From Ginglymostoma cirratum (taxonomy: Eukaryota): DNA of 64,000 nucleotides. Below the pieces are notes generated by a model that did no database searches, was not told where the DNA came from, and worked only from the letters and a program-made list of their open reading frames with translations. Position numbers and translations under genes: made by a program. Of this stretch, positions 36,661 through 50,674 are shown piece by piece. Positions within the stretch are counted from its first letter, which is position 1, and each line of letters starts with the position of its first letter. Where the stretch lies: assembly GCA_024137785.1 (NCBI GenBank), contig JAHRHZ010000055.1, positions 591,940-655,939 on the forward strand, written 5' to 3'.

Positions 36661-39600
36661 AAACTCACCACCTCACTACAAGTTCAATCAGGGGCTAACC
36701 AGCAAAGAACAGGCAATAACATACTGTGGATGGCACTAACAGATTGAAAGTGTGACTTCATTCCACTTCTCACTGGAGAGGAAGGCCCATCCTCTGGAAC
36801 TGTTGGCCGATCTGATAGACTGGCAGCTCCAACAGTCCCAAAAGCACCAGGCATCAGACATGGTCCCATGCCAAGACTTTGAAAATAAAAGGGCTGCCCA
36901 TTCCTGCCCACAACAATGGTGTTATGACGACCAGGGTGAGATTAGTGTCGTCTGAACTTTCAACAAGCTCATTTGACCCTTAATTGATTTTATTAGGCAG
37001 ACAGGCTGATGATAATGGAGAGGTGAGCTCAGTGGTAGGAGGTGAGTTAGTAGGCTGTGCACCCACCTTGTTTTACATGGCCCCACTCCAACAATATATG
37101 TGGCAGGGGCATGTAGTCTCCAGCCCCCTGTTGAAGGGATAGGCAGACCCACAGAGAGTCATGGATCCTGTAGTGTGGTCAACCACAGTGGCATATTGGG
37201 CAAAAGAGGTATGGGTGTGTCTGTGTGAGTGCGAGAGTGAGGTCAACCACAGTGGCATACTGGGCAAGGTGTGCGCGCGTGGTGGAGAATAGATTCTGAT
37301 GGCTGGCAAGAAGGAAGGGGGAGGTGCCATCTTGTCGGTACACTCCACTTCCTTTTCCCAGTTTTAAAAACTTTAAAAAATAAGGGAGCTGCCCACTTTT
37401 AAGGCTTAGGCAGATAGTTTCTGTTCAAAGATTTTATTGCACATTTCTGGGACAGGTGGACTTTGAACCCAGGCCTCCTGGCTCAGATGTAGGGACACAT
37501 CAACTTTGCCACAAGAGCTGCGTAAACATGGGAAGGTTAATATTAGTGTCAACTAACTTCAACAAGCTTAATTAACCCTTATTCAATTATTTATATGGTG
37601 GATGAACTGACAATAATAGGTGTGAGCTTAATGGTGAGAGTTGGTGCTCTGAGCACCCAGCCTGCTTTACTCGCCCTTCATGACAAAAATATACCCGGCA
37701 GGGGCACGTGCTATCCAGCCCCTTTTTGAGGCACGAGGCATTTTGCTCTGTCTTTACTTCAATGACAGTTCCCCTTCCATCTTCTCTGCCTGCAAAACCT
37801 ATTCCCTTACTCCTCAAGACAATGATGCTAATTTTTGCAGTAAAGGAGGAGAGAGCTGTGATATTGGATTGTAGACAAATGGATAGTGTACTGGGAATGG
37901 CAGAATCAGGACCATCCCTATTTTTGATATGCATAAATGACCTGTACTTACAAATAAGTTTGCAAAATGGTACAGAGCACGGAAAAGTACTCAGCAATGA
38001 GGACAGTAAGAAGACATTTCATGAGGATGTAGGCTGTTGGTGTAATGGGCAGACCAATGACACAACAGAGGAAACACAAGGTTATACCTTTCAGTAGGAA
38101 GAACAAGGAGCAGCAAAATAAACAAAAGGATTCCAAGTTTAGAGAGCCCCAAATTTTTAAAGGGATCAGTTGTTAAAAAATGTTACAGAAGCACCTGTGA
38201 CTTGCTTTTGCATTCTATGCCTCTAATATAGCCTAAAAAAAGAGATCTTTGTTGACCAGTGGTTACATCTAAGCTGGAGTATTACAGCCAATTCGGGAAG
38301 GACAAAAGCCTTTGCAGAGTTTGCAGAAGATATCAACAAGAATGGAACTGGAGGGGAGTGATGTGTGGAGACTAGACAAATGCAGGTTGTTCCCTTTAGA
38401 AGGGGTTAAAAGGAGATGTGATAGAGATGTTAAAAATCATGAACTGTTTTGGTAGCATAGATAATGAGAAACCGTTTTCAGTGCAGAAATGGTAAAGTCT
38501 CTGTAGTCCTTCCAGGATGTCATGAGAGAGAGAGAAAGTTGGCGGTAGTTTAATCTGAGGGTCACCACATCTCAGGCAAAGGGGAGAGGAGAGAAGCCAA
38601 GTCCTTCATGGTAAACTCAAGCAGTGATGGGAATTAAACCCACACTTCCCCTCACAGCATTGCAAATCAGCCATTTTACATAATGGACTAGGTTGTGACC
38701 AAAGAATACATATTTATGATCACTGGAAAAGAACACAGACAACAGAAGTTGTTGTGATTTGGAATTTGCTGCCTGAAAGGACAGTGAAACCAGATTCAGA
38801 AGTAGTATTTAGTACTTGAAGGGAAAATGGGAAAAAAGGGAACTGAGATTAATGGAATAGCTATAAAAAGAAAGGCAGTACAAAGCACAATGGGCCAAAT
38901 GGCCTCTTTCTATTCTGGATCATTCTACATCTGAAAGCCAGAATGAAAAGTTGCTAAGTAGCTCAAAATACATGCCCATAAAATACAGAAATAAGGAACA
39001 ACTGAGAGGGACCAGCGAGTGGAGAGATTTAAGAAGCAAAATTTTAGATTAGAGAATCATCTAACGTTAAATTTGGCATTTCAGCTCATCACGCCTGTTC
39101 TGGCTCTTTGGAAAATCTATCCGGTTAGTGCAATTTTTTCCTCTTTCATACATTTATCCAAAATCCTCTGAACATCACGGTCTAAATTCAATTTTGTCAC
39201 ACTTTCATGCAGCCTAATTAGCATACATTGCTGTGTTTTTTCTTAAAAAAAGTACCATCATTCTCTGTTTTGCTAATTGCCTCAAATCCATGTCCTCTAG
39301 TTTCTGACCCTCTTGCTAGTGGAAATAGATCCTCCCCATTTACTTTTCTTCAAATCCTTCATTATTTTGAACACTGTACTAAATCTCTCACCACTGTGCG
39401 TTTCTCTGCTTTACTGGGAGTAGACCTCTTGTCTTTCAAAATCCACAACTGAAAACCCAAATATTAAATTGTGTCAGTACAGGGCGTATGGATTTTGCCA
39501 CCTTTACAGGTTCTGTACATGGAGTTTATGGATGAAATAAGCATTAGTGTACAGATTTGTAATATACGCCTCTTCAGGCTCTTCTCCTGTGGTTTTACAT

Positions 39601-40084
39601 CTGTTTTGCTGCTTTTGTTCTGCCCAAACAAGTCAAGCAGATACTGCTGAAATTGTAGGTTTCATCTCTCTAGGGAGGCAGATCATCTTTTACATCAAGT
39701 GATTTCTTCCTTAGCCAGCAATTGTTTATATGATGGTGTTATTCGTCACCCCAGGGACGTGTATCATTCCAAACACGGAAATAAAGGCGTGCAGTACGGA
39801 ACACGGGATCAGTACAGAAATCAGGTTGGAAATCTCAGCTCTGGGGTTCCAGGAGATCTAATTACCAAGGCTTCCATCCTCGCCCCCAACTTACCAAACT
39901 CCATGCTTTTGCCATTGATCGACTGGTTTCCCAACTCATCCTGCACTGCGACCAATTCCTATCTTAGACAAATTAGGAATCATTCGAGCAGCTTGCGCCT
40001 CCATATCATCACCAAAAACTAATGATCATTTTTGAAGGAAACAAAATGATGTTTTTTTTAATCACCTTAGTTTTCCTGCATCTG

Positions 40085-40370
40085 TGTGGAGCTGGAGGAA
40101 CACAGCAGGCCAGGCAGCAACAGAGGAGCAGGAAAGCCGACGGTTCAGGTCAGGACCCTTCTTCAGAAATGGGGGAGGGGAAAGGGGGCTCTGAAATAAA
40201 TAGGGAGAGGGGTAGGGCTGGGGAAGGTATCTCTCTATTTATTTCAGAGCCCCCTTCCCCCTCCCCCATTTCTGAAAAAGGGTCCCAACCCGAAACGTCA
40301 GCTTTCCTACTCCTGCACATATCCACACTGTGTTATCTCAGACTCCAGCATCGGCAGTTCATACTATCTC
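40085..40370. mobile_element. Penelope inverted-pLTR insert
   Basis: Inverted arms cagaaatgggggaggggaagggggctctgaaataaatag; 13-bp TSD TTTCCTGCATCTG at 40072-40084 and 40371-40383. Confidence 0.88.
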
Positions 40371-40389
40371 TTTCCTGCATCTGGAGAAG

Positions 40390-40912
40390 TCAGAGGTTAA
40401 CAGCACAGAAACAGGCCCTTCAGTCCAACTCATCCAGGTCGTCCAGGTTTCCTAAATTTAACTCCTCCCATTTGCCTGTATCCCTCTAAACTTTTCCTAT
40501 CCATGTACCTGTCCAAATGTCTTTTAAATGTTGTAATTGTACCCACCTCCACCAGCTCATTCCATACATGCACCACCCTCTGTGTGAAAACGTTGCTCCT
40601 CAGGTCCCCCAAAAATCCCTGCCCACCCACCCCAAACCCACTCCCCCCATCCAGTTTTGAAGCCAAAGTGGGGAAAAGCCCCCAGCAATTCACCCTATCC
40701 ATGCCCCTCATGATTTTATAAAACAGGACATGGCAGAAACAGATTCAGTAGTATCTTTTAATAGGCATCTTGACAGATACATGAGTTGGTAGCGAATAGA
40801 GGGGTATGGACCACATGGAAGCAAAAGGTTTTAAGTTTAGAAGGGGGTTATTTGTTGGTGCTGTCTTGTTGGGCCAAAGAGCCTTTTCGTGCGCTGTACT
40901 GTTCTTTGTTCT
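40390..40912. mobile_element. Two CR1 3' ends in opposite orientation
   Basis: 40390-40720 minus (MRGMDRVN..FTQRVVHVWNEL); 40750-40912 plus with tgttctttgttct tail. Confidence 0.8.
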
Positions 40913-41009
40913 TATTCCAGGTGTGGCCTCACCAATGCTTTGTATAACTGCAGCAAGACATGCCAATTCTTCCTCTTGAATGCTCTTCACTGCCTGCTTC
41001 ACTGTTTTA

Positions 41010-41320
41010 ATTATTCATGGGATGAGGGTGTCACTGGCTAGGCCAACATTCATTACCCATTCTAATTGCCCATAGGGCAGTCAAGAGTCAACCACATTGC
41101 TGTGGGTCTGGAGTCACATTTAGGCTGGACCAGGTAAGGACAGCAAATGTCCTTTAGGTAAGGAAACTGTAAACCAGAGTGTTTTTTAATCACAATTGAC
41201 AGTGGATTCATGGTCATGTTTAGACACTTAATTCCAGACTTTTTTTTCCCGTTATTGAATTCAAATTCCACCATCTGCCGTGGTGGGATTTGAACACAGG
41301 TCCCCAGAATATCACCCGAG
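41010..41320 (-). mobile_element. Bipartite SINE
   Basis: Colinear with 33430-33760. Confidence 0.85.
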
Positions 41321-44207
41321 TGGCAACCCTCCATGTGAACTGTTGCAACCGGTATCCCTGTAGAGAAAGTTTACCAGTCAAGAAATGGTGCCAAGTGGGA
41401 GCTGACAGGAGAAAGCAAGAGTTCAATATGTGCATCGGTCCCGACATTGTATCCCGTTACATTCAGCAAGCTACATATTTAAAACCAGTGAACATCTGTG
41501 ATCTTTCTGCCCTAGCTCCATTGGGACTGAAATGTGAGTGCAGGAAATTGTGCCCTAAACTCCTACACAATTCCAGTTGTATTCAGAGCAGAACCTGGGG
41601 TTTGTATCACCGTTTGACTCTGATAGCACCATGTAGGTTAAAGTGGCAGAGACCCAGAACTATTTACATAAAACAGCAATGGACCATCTGCTGCAGAATC
41701 CTGTAAGACACACAGTGCCTTGTCCAAAGTCACTGGTTAGGTATTTAAATTACAAATGTAATCGGAGTGTTGCAGTGATGACCTTACAGTATGGCTCAAC
41801 CTCAGTCTGCTAATTAATAGAATATGAATTGTGACATCCCCTTTCCTCTGATTCACCATCACTCAGTATATAAATTACAAAATGAATTCAGTCAAATACC
41901 TATTCTTGCCATTTTCTTGAAGCAAATGCAATGAAAATACTGGATCATTTTCCTCTACTTGACCTTGAAGGTACGGTTGAACTTTACACAAGAAATTTTC
42001 ACTAGATGATAATTCCAATTTTTGCTTTGGGAGCTTAAAGCAAGCCTTAGTCTTCAGAAACAGTGTTGCGTCCTTTCTACGAGTACTTATCGAAAATCAA
42101 GTTGAACTTAAATAGGTAAACTTCCTATTTAATAAATTATACTTAATGCAACAATTGAGGGGCCATTCTCTCTGCTGTTCAAGTTGGCTTAACAGTGCTA
42201 CAGGATGTTTTTGTTTTTAACTGCCCATAATCTTGACACAATGAGGTTTAGATGAAATGGATAAAGTAAGTTATTCCCATTAGCAGATGGTAGAAGGACA
42301 CAGATTTATGGTGTGGGGAAAGAGGTACAGAGAGGATGTGAGAAAGAATCTGTTCATGCAGTGAGTGGTATGGCCTGGAATGCATTCTTTTAGGAAAGTG
42401 GGAGCAGAGAGAATAAATGATTTTAAATGGAAGGACAGCATCTTTTCATTTTCTGGATGTTTGATTGTGGACTGAAATGAGCCAAGAACTGTTTTCAAGG
42501 CTAAAGATCGTTGAAGGATTGCTCGATGTTTAAAAGCAAGTTACCCAACAGCTGCTGAAAGTGATACTTACACAGTCATTTGTTCAAATGATGAGGGAAA
42601 TCGAGTTACATTTGAGCAGGAGCCAGGGGGCTGCATATGAAGAGATCTGGCAGGCAACAAGCAGCTGATTGGTCTGTGAAATGGTGACAAGTTATTGATG
42701 GCAAAGGCCTTCTGCCTGCCAACAACTATGTGATTGGCTCCCAAATAACTGTGGGTGTGAATGGGAAAGGAGAAGCCATCAGATCTCAGAGGGAAGGAAC
42801 TGTCCCCCTTTTCTCTGCAGTAAAAACCACCGGAAGGAAATTAATTTATCCTCCATTGGCAGTTGTGCAAGCTGTGTTTTGTTCAACCAGTAAGTCAGAA
42901 CCTTCATAATTGTGAACCTCACCCAGTGCCTTCTGCGAGCAACTGAAAGTTAATGGAGAAGGAAGATCGAGGAGTAGCCAGTCCCGACAAGACAAAAGGA
43001 TCATCTCATTGAACCTGGTGAGCAGGTGTCACTGAACTGCCTTCCCAGTCTTTCTCTTCTCCCATAACACCCATTTCTTTTCTCCTGTATGTGTGTCTGT
43101 ACATGTGGGTGTCTCTCCAGGTGTGGGGTTGAAGTTATATGTCAATGGTTCATAATTGTTTACCTGTGGTTACAATCTACTTGTTTGTAATAAATAGTAA
43201 CTTGTGTTAAGTACAAAGATCTGGTCTGAGCTTTCTGTCATCATGGCTCGAAAGGACAGGTAAGAGACATAAAAAGAAAACTGGATGGACACTAGAGAGA
43301 AACAAAGTGGTGGGGCAATGGGGATAAAGCAGGGCAGTGAGGCCTACTGGATTACTCAAAAGGGAGTCAGCATAGACTCAATGGGATAAATGACCTCCTT
43401 CTGTGCCATAATGATGCTAGTAACAGCACTAGAAAGATGTCAGGAGAAGCCAAGTAGTCAGTCAATGGTAAGTTTTCTACATAGATGGGACTGATGGCCT
43501 CTTTCTGTGCTACACTATTTGATGAATAACAGCTTGCATTAATGTGTACCTTTAATGTAATAAAATGCCCCAACCACCCACATTAGAATGAGAGCCATAT
43601 ATAAAAAAAAAAATCAATGGCTAGATGAGACTCTCAGGAATATACAAAGTGGCTTCAGTGAATTTAGGCTCTACACTCTTAGGAAATAATTTACATACTT
43701 TGGTTCGTCAGTGGATAGTCAACAAACAGTTGACTGCAGGCAATTAGCCCTCATCCGCCTGTTCAATATTACTCATCACCCTAAATTTGTTACTTGTACC
43801 CATTTCTGGTTTTCCAAAACTTGGGATGATTGTTCTTTTGATGGGATCCTCCATAAGGATGACTTACTGTGAATTATTAATGTGAGAATAGCCTAAAAGA
43901 AAATATACTTTCTACCTAGTGATTTTTTTGTAAAGATGTGAGCACTGTTGAGAGAAGACGCATTGTTTTGTGATATTTGTCTGCTACAGGTTTAATATCA
44001 TTAACTCCAAAGGGGCTGCTTCTAATTCGATGTATATGTGTCTGACCTAGTAGCTACACCTCACTATCTGTTTTTGAAAGGGAAAGACTCCATAAGGAAA
44101 GAGATTCATACCTTATGATGCATTCGACCATTTCATCAGTTCACGGAGGGAAGTTATAAAATTCAGTTTTTCTATAAAAATAATTGACTATTATGGGACT
44201 GTTATTT

Positions 44208-44550
44208 AGGCAGAGGCATAATGGTAAGGACACTGGGCTGGTAAACCAGAACACCAGTTGAATGTTCTGGGACATGGGATTCCAATCCTATTACGGCACA
44301 TGGTGAAATCTGAATTGATCAAAAATCTAAAATAAAAAACTAGTCTAATGGTGACCATGCATCAGCTCTCAAAACCAAGCCATGTGGTTCACTGATATCC
44401 TGTAGGGAAGGAAATCCACCAACCTGGTCTGACCTATATGTGACTCCAGACCCACAGCAGTGTAGTTACCTCAACCCTCCCTTTGGGCAATTAGGAATGG
44501 GCAATGAATGCTGGCCTTGCCACTGATGCCCTCATCCCTCGCACAACTAT
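44208..44550 (+). mobile_element. Bipartite SINE
   Basis: tggcataatgg-like head, gtgactccagacccacagca body, gggcaattaggaatgggcaatgaatgctggcc tail. Confidence 0.82.
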
Positions 44551-44994
44551 ATTTTAAAAATAAGCAGCATAATACTATGCTTACATCTTCCCCATTACAC
44601 TTGTAAATAAATTTGATCTACGATTCTAGCCCAGAAGCAGAAGTCCTGCAGCATTTTATTTCAATCATTAGTACGAGTCGGTGCGTTTTGGAGTTGGAGG
44701 TGGGATGTGGGATGTGGGATGCAATATGAACTACTGTACTGTTAGTCATCAGAAGCTTGCTTCTATTGCGAATAGCGACTTCATTAATCACAATTTCATC
44801 AGAACGGGATCAGGAACTGGAGACAAAGAAGATTTCAGAAGTGAATAACTGGACAGTTTTGCAGCTGTATTACTCTGTTAGTCCAGTTTTCAGTTAATAA
44901 CCAAGATGCACTTCACAGATGCTGAATAATGCAGCCCACAGTAGGGGGATCAAAACCTATAAATGGAGTACTAGCATCATCTATCCCTCATTAT

Positions 44995-45678
44995 TCTTTT
45001 GTGGGATGTGGGCATCACTGGCGAGGCCAGTATGTATTGCTCATCCCCAACTGCGGACGAGCTGAAAGACCTGTTCGCTAGACTGTTTCAGAGGGCAGTT
45101 AAGAGTCACTGAAATTGCTGTGGGTCTGGAGTCACATATAGGCCAGACCGGGTAAGGATGAAAGATTTCCTTCCCTAAAGGACACTGGTGAATTTAATGA
45201 GTGTTTGTTTAAAATTATTGACGACTTAGGTCTAGCTTTAGTATTATTCAAACACAGGACGTTGGTGGTCAGCATTTATTGTCCCTCCCTAATTGTCCAG
45301 AGAGCAACTAAGAGTCAACCACATTGCTAAAGGTCTGGAGTCACATGTAAGCCAGGCCAGACAAGGATGACAAATTTTTTTTCCTAAAAGAACATGAATG
45401 GATTTTTTACAACGAAATGACAGTGATAACCCTTAGACTAGCTTTCAATCCAGAATTTATTGAATTCAGATTTCTCCATCTGCCAAGGTGGGTTTCGAGC
45501 CCATGCCAATGGTCTGGGGCCTGGATTACTAATTATTACCATTACACCACCTAATCTTCCAGATTGACTAACTGAATTTGAATTCTGCCAGCTACTGTGG
45601 TGGGATTTGAACCCATGGCCAACAGCGCATTAACCTGGACTGCTAGACCAGCGATAACATCATGCACCACCACCTCCT
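44995..45678 (-). mobile_element. Bipartite SINE nested in another copy of the same family
   Basis: Outer copy 44995-45250 plus 45557-45678; inner copy ~45255-45555. Confidence 0.75.
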
Positions 45679-45877
45679 TCAGCAGTTGTCCTTAGGCAGG
45701 GCATCTGAAAGACATGGGGTCCTGATTCCAGGGTAAGCTTTGTCACTGCCTGAATGGTGTTTAGTTTTGTCAGACCTTCCAACAAATGAGGGGGTCTTAA
45801 GGGCTCTGCAACCAGCAAATAGGACCCCAGCAGCAACACAAGGTTCCACCTATGACCTTCCTGAGGCTTCTACTGAC

Positions 45878-46015
45878 CTGTAATTCTTTCAGCGGCAACT
45901 GTCCCTGTTCTTTGCTGCCCTGGAATGTTCTGTTGCATTGCCAAACTCTGTCTCCCGGTCGGATGCGTTGAACAAAATTGGCAGGGAAGAATCCAACTCT
46001 ATCACCAATTTTACC
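45878..46015 (-). CDS. STAC2: STAC2-like coding exon, end of SH3-1 and start of SH3-2
   Basis: 138 nt, ttgttccag|GGT...CAG|gtcagt; translates [46 protein letters not shown]. Confidence 0.95.
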
Positions 46016-46494
46016 CTGGAACAAAGCAGAAGGCAGCTGCATAAGAACTCTGATTCTCTGCCAAAAAGTGTTGATCATATTTCTCCAAACTGTTGTTCAG
46101 GTACCAGGTGAAAATGAAGCATTAAAACAGCAGGAAGCATATTACAGACTGTGTGCTACATGTTGTTTCTCCTTTAATGAATAACATAACATCAGAGCGA
46201 GAGATAATCCAATTACAAAGCTTCCGCATGACATGTTCACTGCATCATCTCAAATGTAGGCAATTAGGTGCCACTGTGAAAAATTCCTTTGCAGTAGCAA
46301 ATGTCCAAAGCTTTCTGCTATTTCTTTTCAATTATAAAACTGTTTGGGTTTGGAGCTGTTCTTCATCACCTCAGGTTCCTTTGCCACAGAATTCAGCCCA
46401 TTTATTCTGTGGGATAGATTGTGCAGGTACCATGACAACAGAAGAACAAACTTCAATTGTTTTAAGAAATGTGGCCTGCACTTTTTATTCAGTC

Positions 46495-46860
46495 GGAGCT
46501 CAGTGGTGAGCATACATTCACATCCAATTCTAAATGTCAGGGGGTGAAGTCTCGAGCACAGCATTTAGGTGGACAGTCAAATGCAGTACAGAGGGAATGC
46601 TGTATGGGCAGAAATGCCGTCTTTCAAGTGAGGTTTTAAACTAAGCCCACATCAGTCCTGCCCAGATCCTTTCACACTACTTCAAGAAACAGCAGGGTAG
46701 TTCTTCCCAGTATTTATCCTTCAGCGAGCAATTGCTAAAACAGATTATCTGGTGATTATCTCATTGTTGTTTGTGGGAGCTTGCTGTGCAGAAAACGGGC
46801 TGCTCCATTTCCTACAACATAATCGAGACTGCTCTTCAAAACTGTACTTCAAGTAATTTT
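46495..46860 (+). mobile_element. Deu-domain SINE (SacSINE1/AmnSINE1-like)
   Basis: gagctcagtggtg head; aaaacagattatctggtgattatctcattgttgtttgtgggagcttgctgtgc core. Confidence 0.8.
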
Positions 46861-49800
46861 ATATAGTGCCTTTCACAAGTTCAAAGAGATTCTATTTTAT
46901 CACTTACCAAGCATCCGGGCGGTGATTTTGAACAGGCAAATATAGATTATTAAAACAGTTATTTCCATCAATATAATATGGAGCTAAACGTGGTTAAATT
47001 AAAACATCCAAAAAAGGTTCATCCTCACAGCAGGGAGAAAGTACCGTAAAATGGAGAAGAGAATCCATTTCTTTACTGCTGATATTTTAACAGAAAAGAC
47101 ATGGAAGGCCTGTACAATAAAGGCTGGAATATCAGAACAGCAAAGATAGGCAGCAAAACTGTAATATAACGAGACAAAGGATCACCCCATTACTGCCCAA
47201 TTTATTCAAAAATTTGAAGATCATAAAACATCAGTAAAAATTTGAACTCTATGTAAAATTCGACAATGAAACAAAACGGCATTAGAAAGAGAAAAAAGCT
47301 TCACTCTGTGAGAACTGTGACTGTGACAGTCTTCATCGTGAACCAGTGCTGGCATGATGGGCCAACTGGCCTCTTTCTGCACCAGAACAGCTCAGTGTTT
47401 CTGTGAACAGACCACAGATACGAAGCCATCTTGACTCTAGGGAGGTTCTCCTTGTGTGGGTCGTAGGTTTACGAGCTGTGAGCTTTGTCTGTGTAGGGGT
47501 CAGAATAACAAGTTAATTGCTGGTTACGTTACCATTTCTAACTTTTCAAATCCATCTTTAATCAGAGATAATGAAGGAACTGTTCGGATGCTGAAGACCA
47601 ACTTTGTGACTCGGTTCCCTCTGGAAATGCCAGGTTTTCAGGTGAATCACAACAGCACTGCTAGCCCTGGAATGATTCTAATTCATGGCGGGAGTTCTGA
47701 AATAGGCACTTCAGCTAGAATTTTTAAACGTCAAGGACGATTTTAAAATAGAGTCAGAGTTTTACAGCATGGACAGCTGCCCTTCAGTCCATCGTGTCTG
47801 GACTGGTCAAATGTAGGAATCTCATCCCAGAGCCATGGCTGTTTGTCCAGGCCTAAATGTACTGGGAATGCTTCCAAGGAATAATGAACTTCTTTTTAAA
47901 ATTTACATAACCAGCTAATGGACGTTGTGAGATAGCGATTAGAATACATGAGAAGTTTGAGAGACTCTTCTCGCAAATTCAGTCAACATTTGATAAAGTA
48001 ACTGGTTAGAGGATTTCAGACATGTTTCCATGAGTTGAGTCCTTCTAGTTCAGAGGTAGGGATAATGCCACTGCACCACAAGGCCTTCTTAGGTAACACA
48101 GCAAGATGTAGACAAGAGCAGTGACAGCATGCCATAGAATGAAGTTTATGCAACCAACTGCAGTGACGTTGCAGCATGCAAACCTGTTGTGAATGGTGAT
48201 AAATGAAGCAACACTGGAGGAACCAAAGCAGTATAACACAGGCACAGCGAAGGACAAGAGCAGATTAAAAAGTCCTGCCTGTTTTTTGTATTGTCATCTG
48301 CACTAATGGGCTCTCGTAAATCAGAGCGGTGCATGTCTCAACCTGTCTGTACATCTCCCTCTGTGAATAATTTGAAATAAATGTCAAGCCACCTTTACAC
48401 AGCGTCTCGGCTCCTGGAGGATTAATTAGGCGATCAGACTCAAATAATCAGTCACTGTTATCATCCCATCTAATAGCTCCCTGGAATTCTAAAAGAATAA
48501 CATGCTAAATAACAAGTTGGAAGGTGGGGAGGCTAAAAGTAGAGGAGGGGGATGTGGCACTAGTGGCTTGGGTCATCAACCAATTGTTTGGATAGACATT
48601 CTGGCGGATTCCTTACGTGACTTCGTACCTGCCTCAGTTTGTCCTCAAATCTTCGTGAGGGGTTGTCTCAAAGACCACCCACATGACTTAACCCTTTTCC
48701 CACCACCGAGAAACAGACAGACAGTTTGTTGACCGATTAGATGCTTCTTGACTGTCTCGATTAAAACACCGTATCTTCCCCAATTTCCTGTCATTTTTTT
48801 AACTAACAAATTAAAGTGTTCAGAGAAGACAAAAGAAAGAAAGCAGCCCTATGGTTTGTCCACTGGGTTGCTTGTGGCTGTGACCAGGATTAATCATTCA
48901 TTCTCGGAGGGCTGTCTGGGAAAGGATGAAACTTGTCAAGGCAGATGATGCTCCCTCAGAAATTCAGGATGTGGAGGATCTGGCGATCCCTATCAATGGG
49001 AAATGGAGCGCGGGGAGAGTGCTGAGGGGAGCAGTCCTTGTTTCTCTACTCAGGCCTCCACCTAAAATGGCACATTGATCGTGGAGCCAATCATTCTAGA
49101 GGTGGCTTTATCAAACATGCTGGTCAAACATGATCTGCCCGCTTGAAGCAATACTTCGCTGCCTTGGTCTGTAACCTACTCGCAGACTGAAACCAAACGG
49201 TTTAGTCAGGACATGGCAGCAAAAAGCCGCCTCAAACTGACTATTAAAGAGGTGTTTATATAGTGGGAAGACAGCCTTGGTGTCAAAACAACCAACAAGT
49301 GTAGGCCACTCAGCCCTCCAAGCCTGCTCCAGCATTCAATAAGATCGCAGCTCATCTGATTTTAACCACAACTCTATATTCCTGCATATTCCTGATAATC
49401 TTTCAACCCCTCAGTAATCAATAATCTATCAATTTCTACCTTGAAAATTGTTAAATGATTCTGCATCCAAACTCCTTTTGTCTTTATATGGTACTTTCCG
49501 TGACCACTGAATGTCTCAAACCTACTTTCAAGCCACTGAACTACCTTTTTCATGTCGTGGCGAAATGCTGTAGATGCTGGAGATCTGAAATATGAATGAA
49601 GTGCTGGAGAAACTCAGCAGGTCTGGCAGCATCTTTGGAGAGAGAAACAGAGTTAGTATTTCAAGTCTGAAGTACTGGGCTCAAAACCTTAACTGTTTCT
49701 CTCTCTGCTGAGGCCTGCTGAGTTTCTCCAGCACTTTCTGTTTGTATCTTTGTTGTGTAGTCACTGTTATGATGTAGGGTACACGGTAGCCCATGTGCAT

Positions 49801-50539
49801 TCAGCAAAATCATACAAACTGTGAATGATCAGATAATCTGCTTTGTTGATTGAAGGCTGAATGTTGGCCAAGCAATGCTCTTCCTCAGATTAGTGCCATA
49901 GGATCCTTTATCTTCAAACAGGAGGGCAGAAGTGACCTGGGTTAATGTACCATCCAAAAGACAGCGCCTCCTGTATTAAATACTGCACTTTCTCCATATT
50001 GAACTGGAGTGCTTTGCAAAAGCTAACGGCACCATGAGGACTTTAATGCAATGACTGTTTATACTTATAGTCCCATATCAGGACTGTCCACTTGATTTTA
50101 CTTGCCTCGGATTTCCAATTGTAAATCAGCTGCTAAACATGAGGGCATTAGACTCATGCACAAAGTGACAGACCCAGGAAGGATTGCGTGGCAAGTGTGA
50201 GATGAAGAGAACTTTCTCCAGCCAGACAGCAGTGAGCCTGTGGAATTCCCTGCCACAGAAAACAGTCGAAGCCAAAATATTGAATGCTTTCAAGGAGACA
50301 TTTGATATGGGGCTGAAGAGATTTGAAGGATAAGGGGAGAAAGCAGAAACAGGGGACTGAGTGGGTGATGCTGATATTGAGCAGCGGAATAGGCTTGAAG
50401 GGCCAAAAACCCACGCCAGCTCCTATTTTCTCAGCTTGTTTCTATGTAAGTGAAGTATGAAGGATTTCTGGCTCAGGCAGGTTCAGAGGCTTCACAGAAC
50501 TGGATACGGAGATGTGTCACTATGATAAACAAAGATGAT

Positions 50540-50674
50540 GTTCTGAGGAAGGGTCACCGGACCCGAAACGTTAATTCTTTTTTCCTTCACAGATGCTGCC
50601 AGACCTGCTGAGCTTTTCCAGCAACTTCTGTTTTTGTTCCTGATCTACAACATCTGCAGTTCTTTCAGTTTTTA
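50540..50674 (+). mobile_element. Solo Penelope pLTR with intact hammerhead (50540-50575)
   Basis: gtt CTGAGGA a GGGTC accg GACCC GAAA cg TT aat. Confidence 0.82.
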
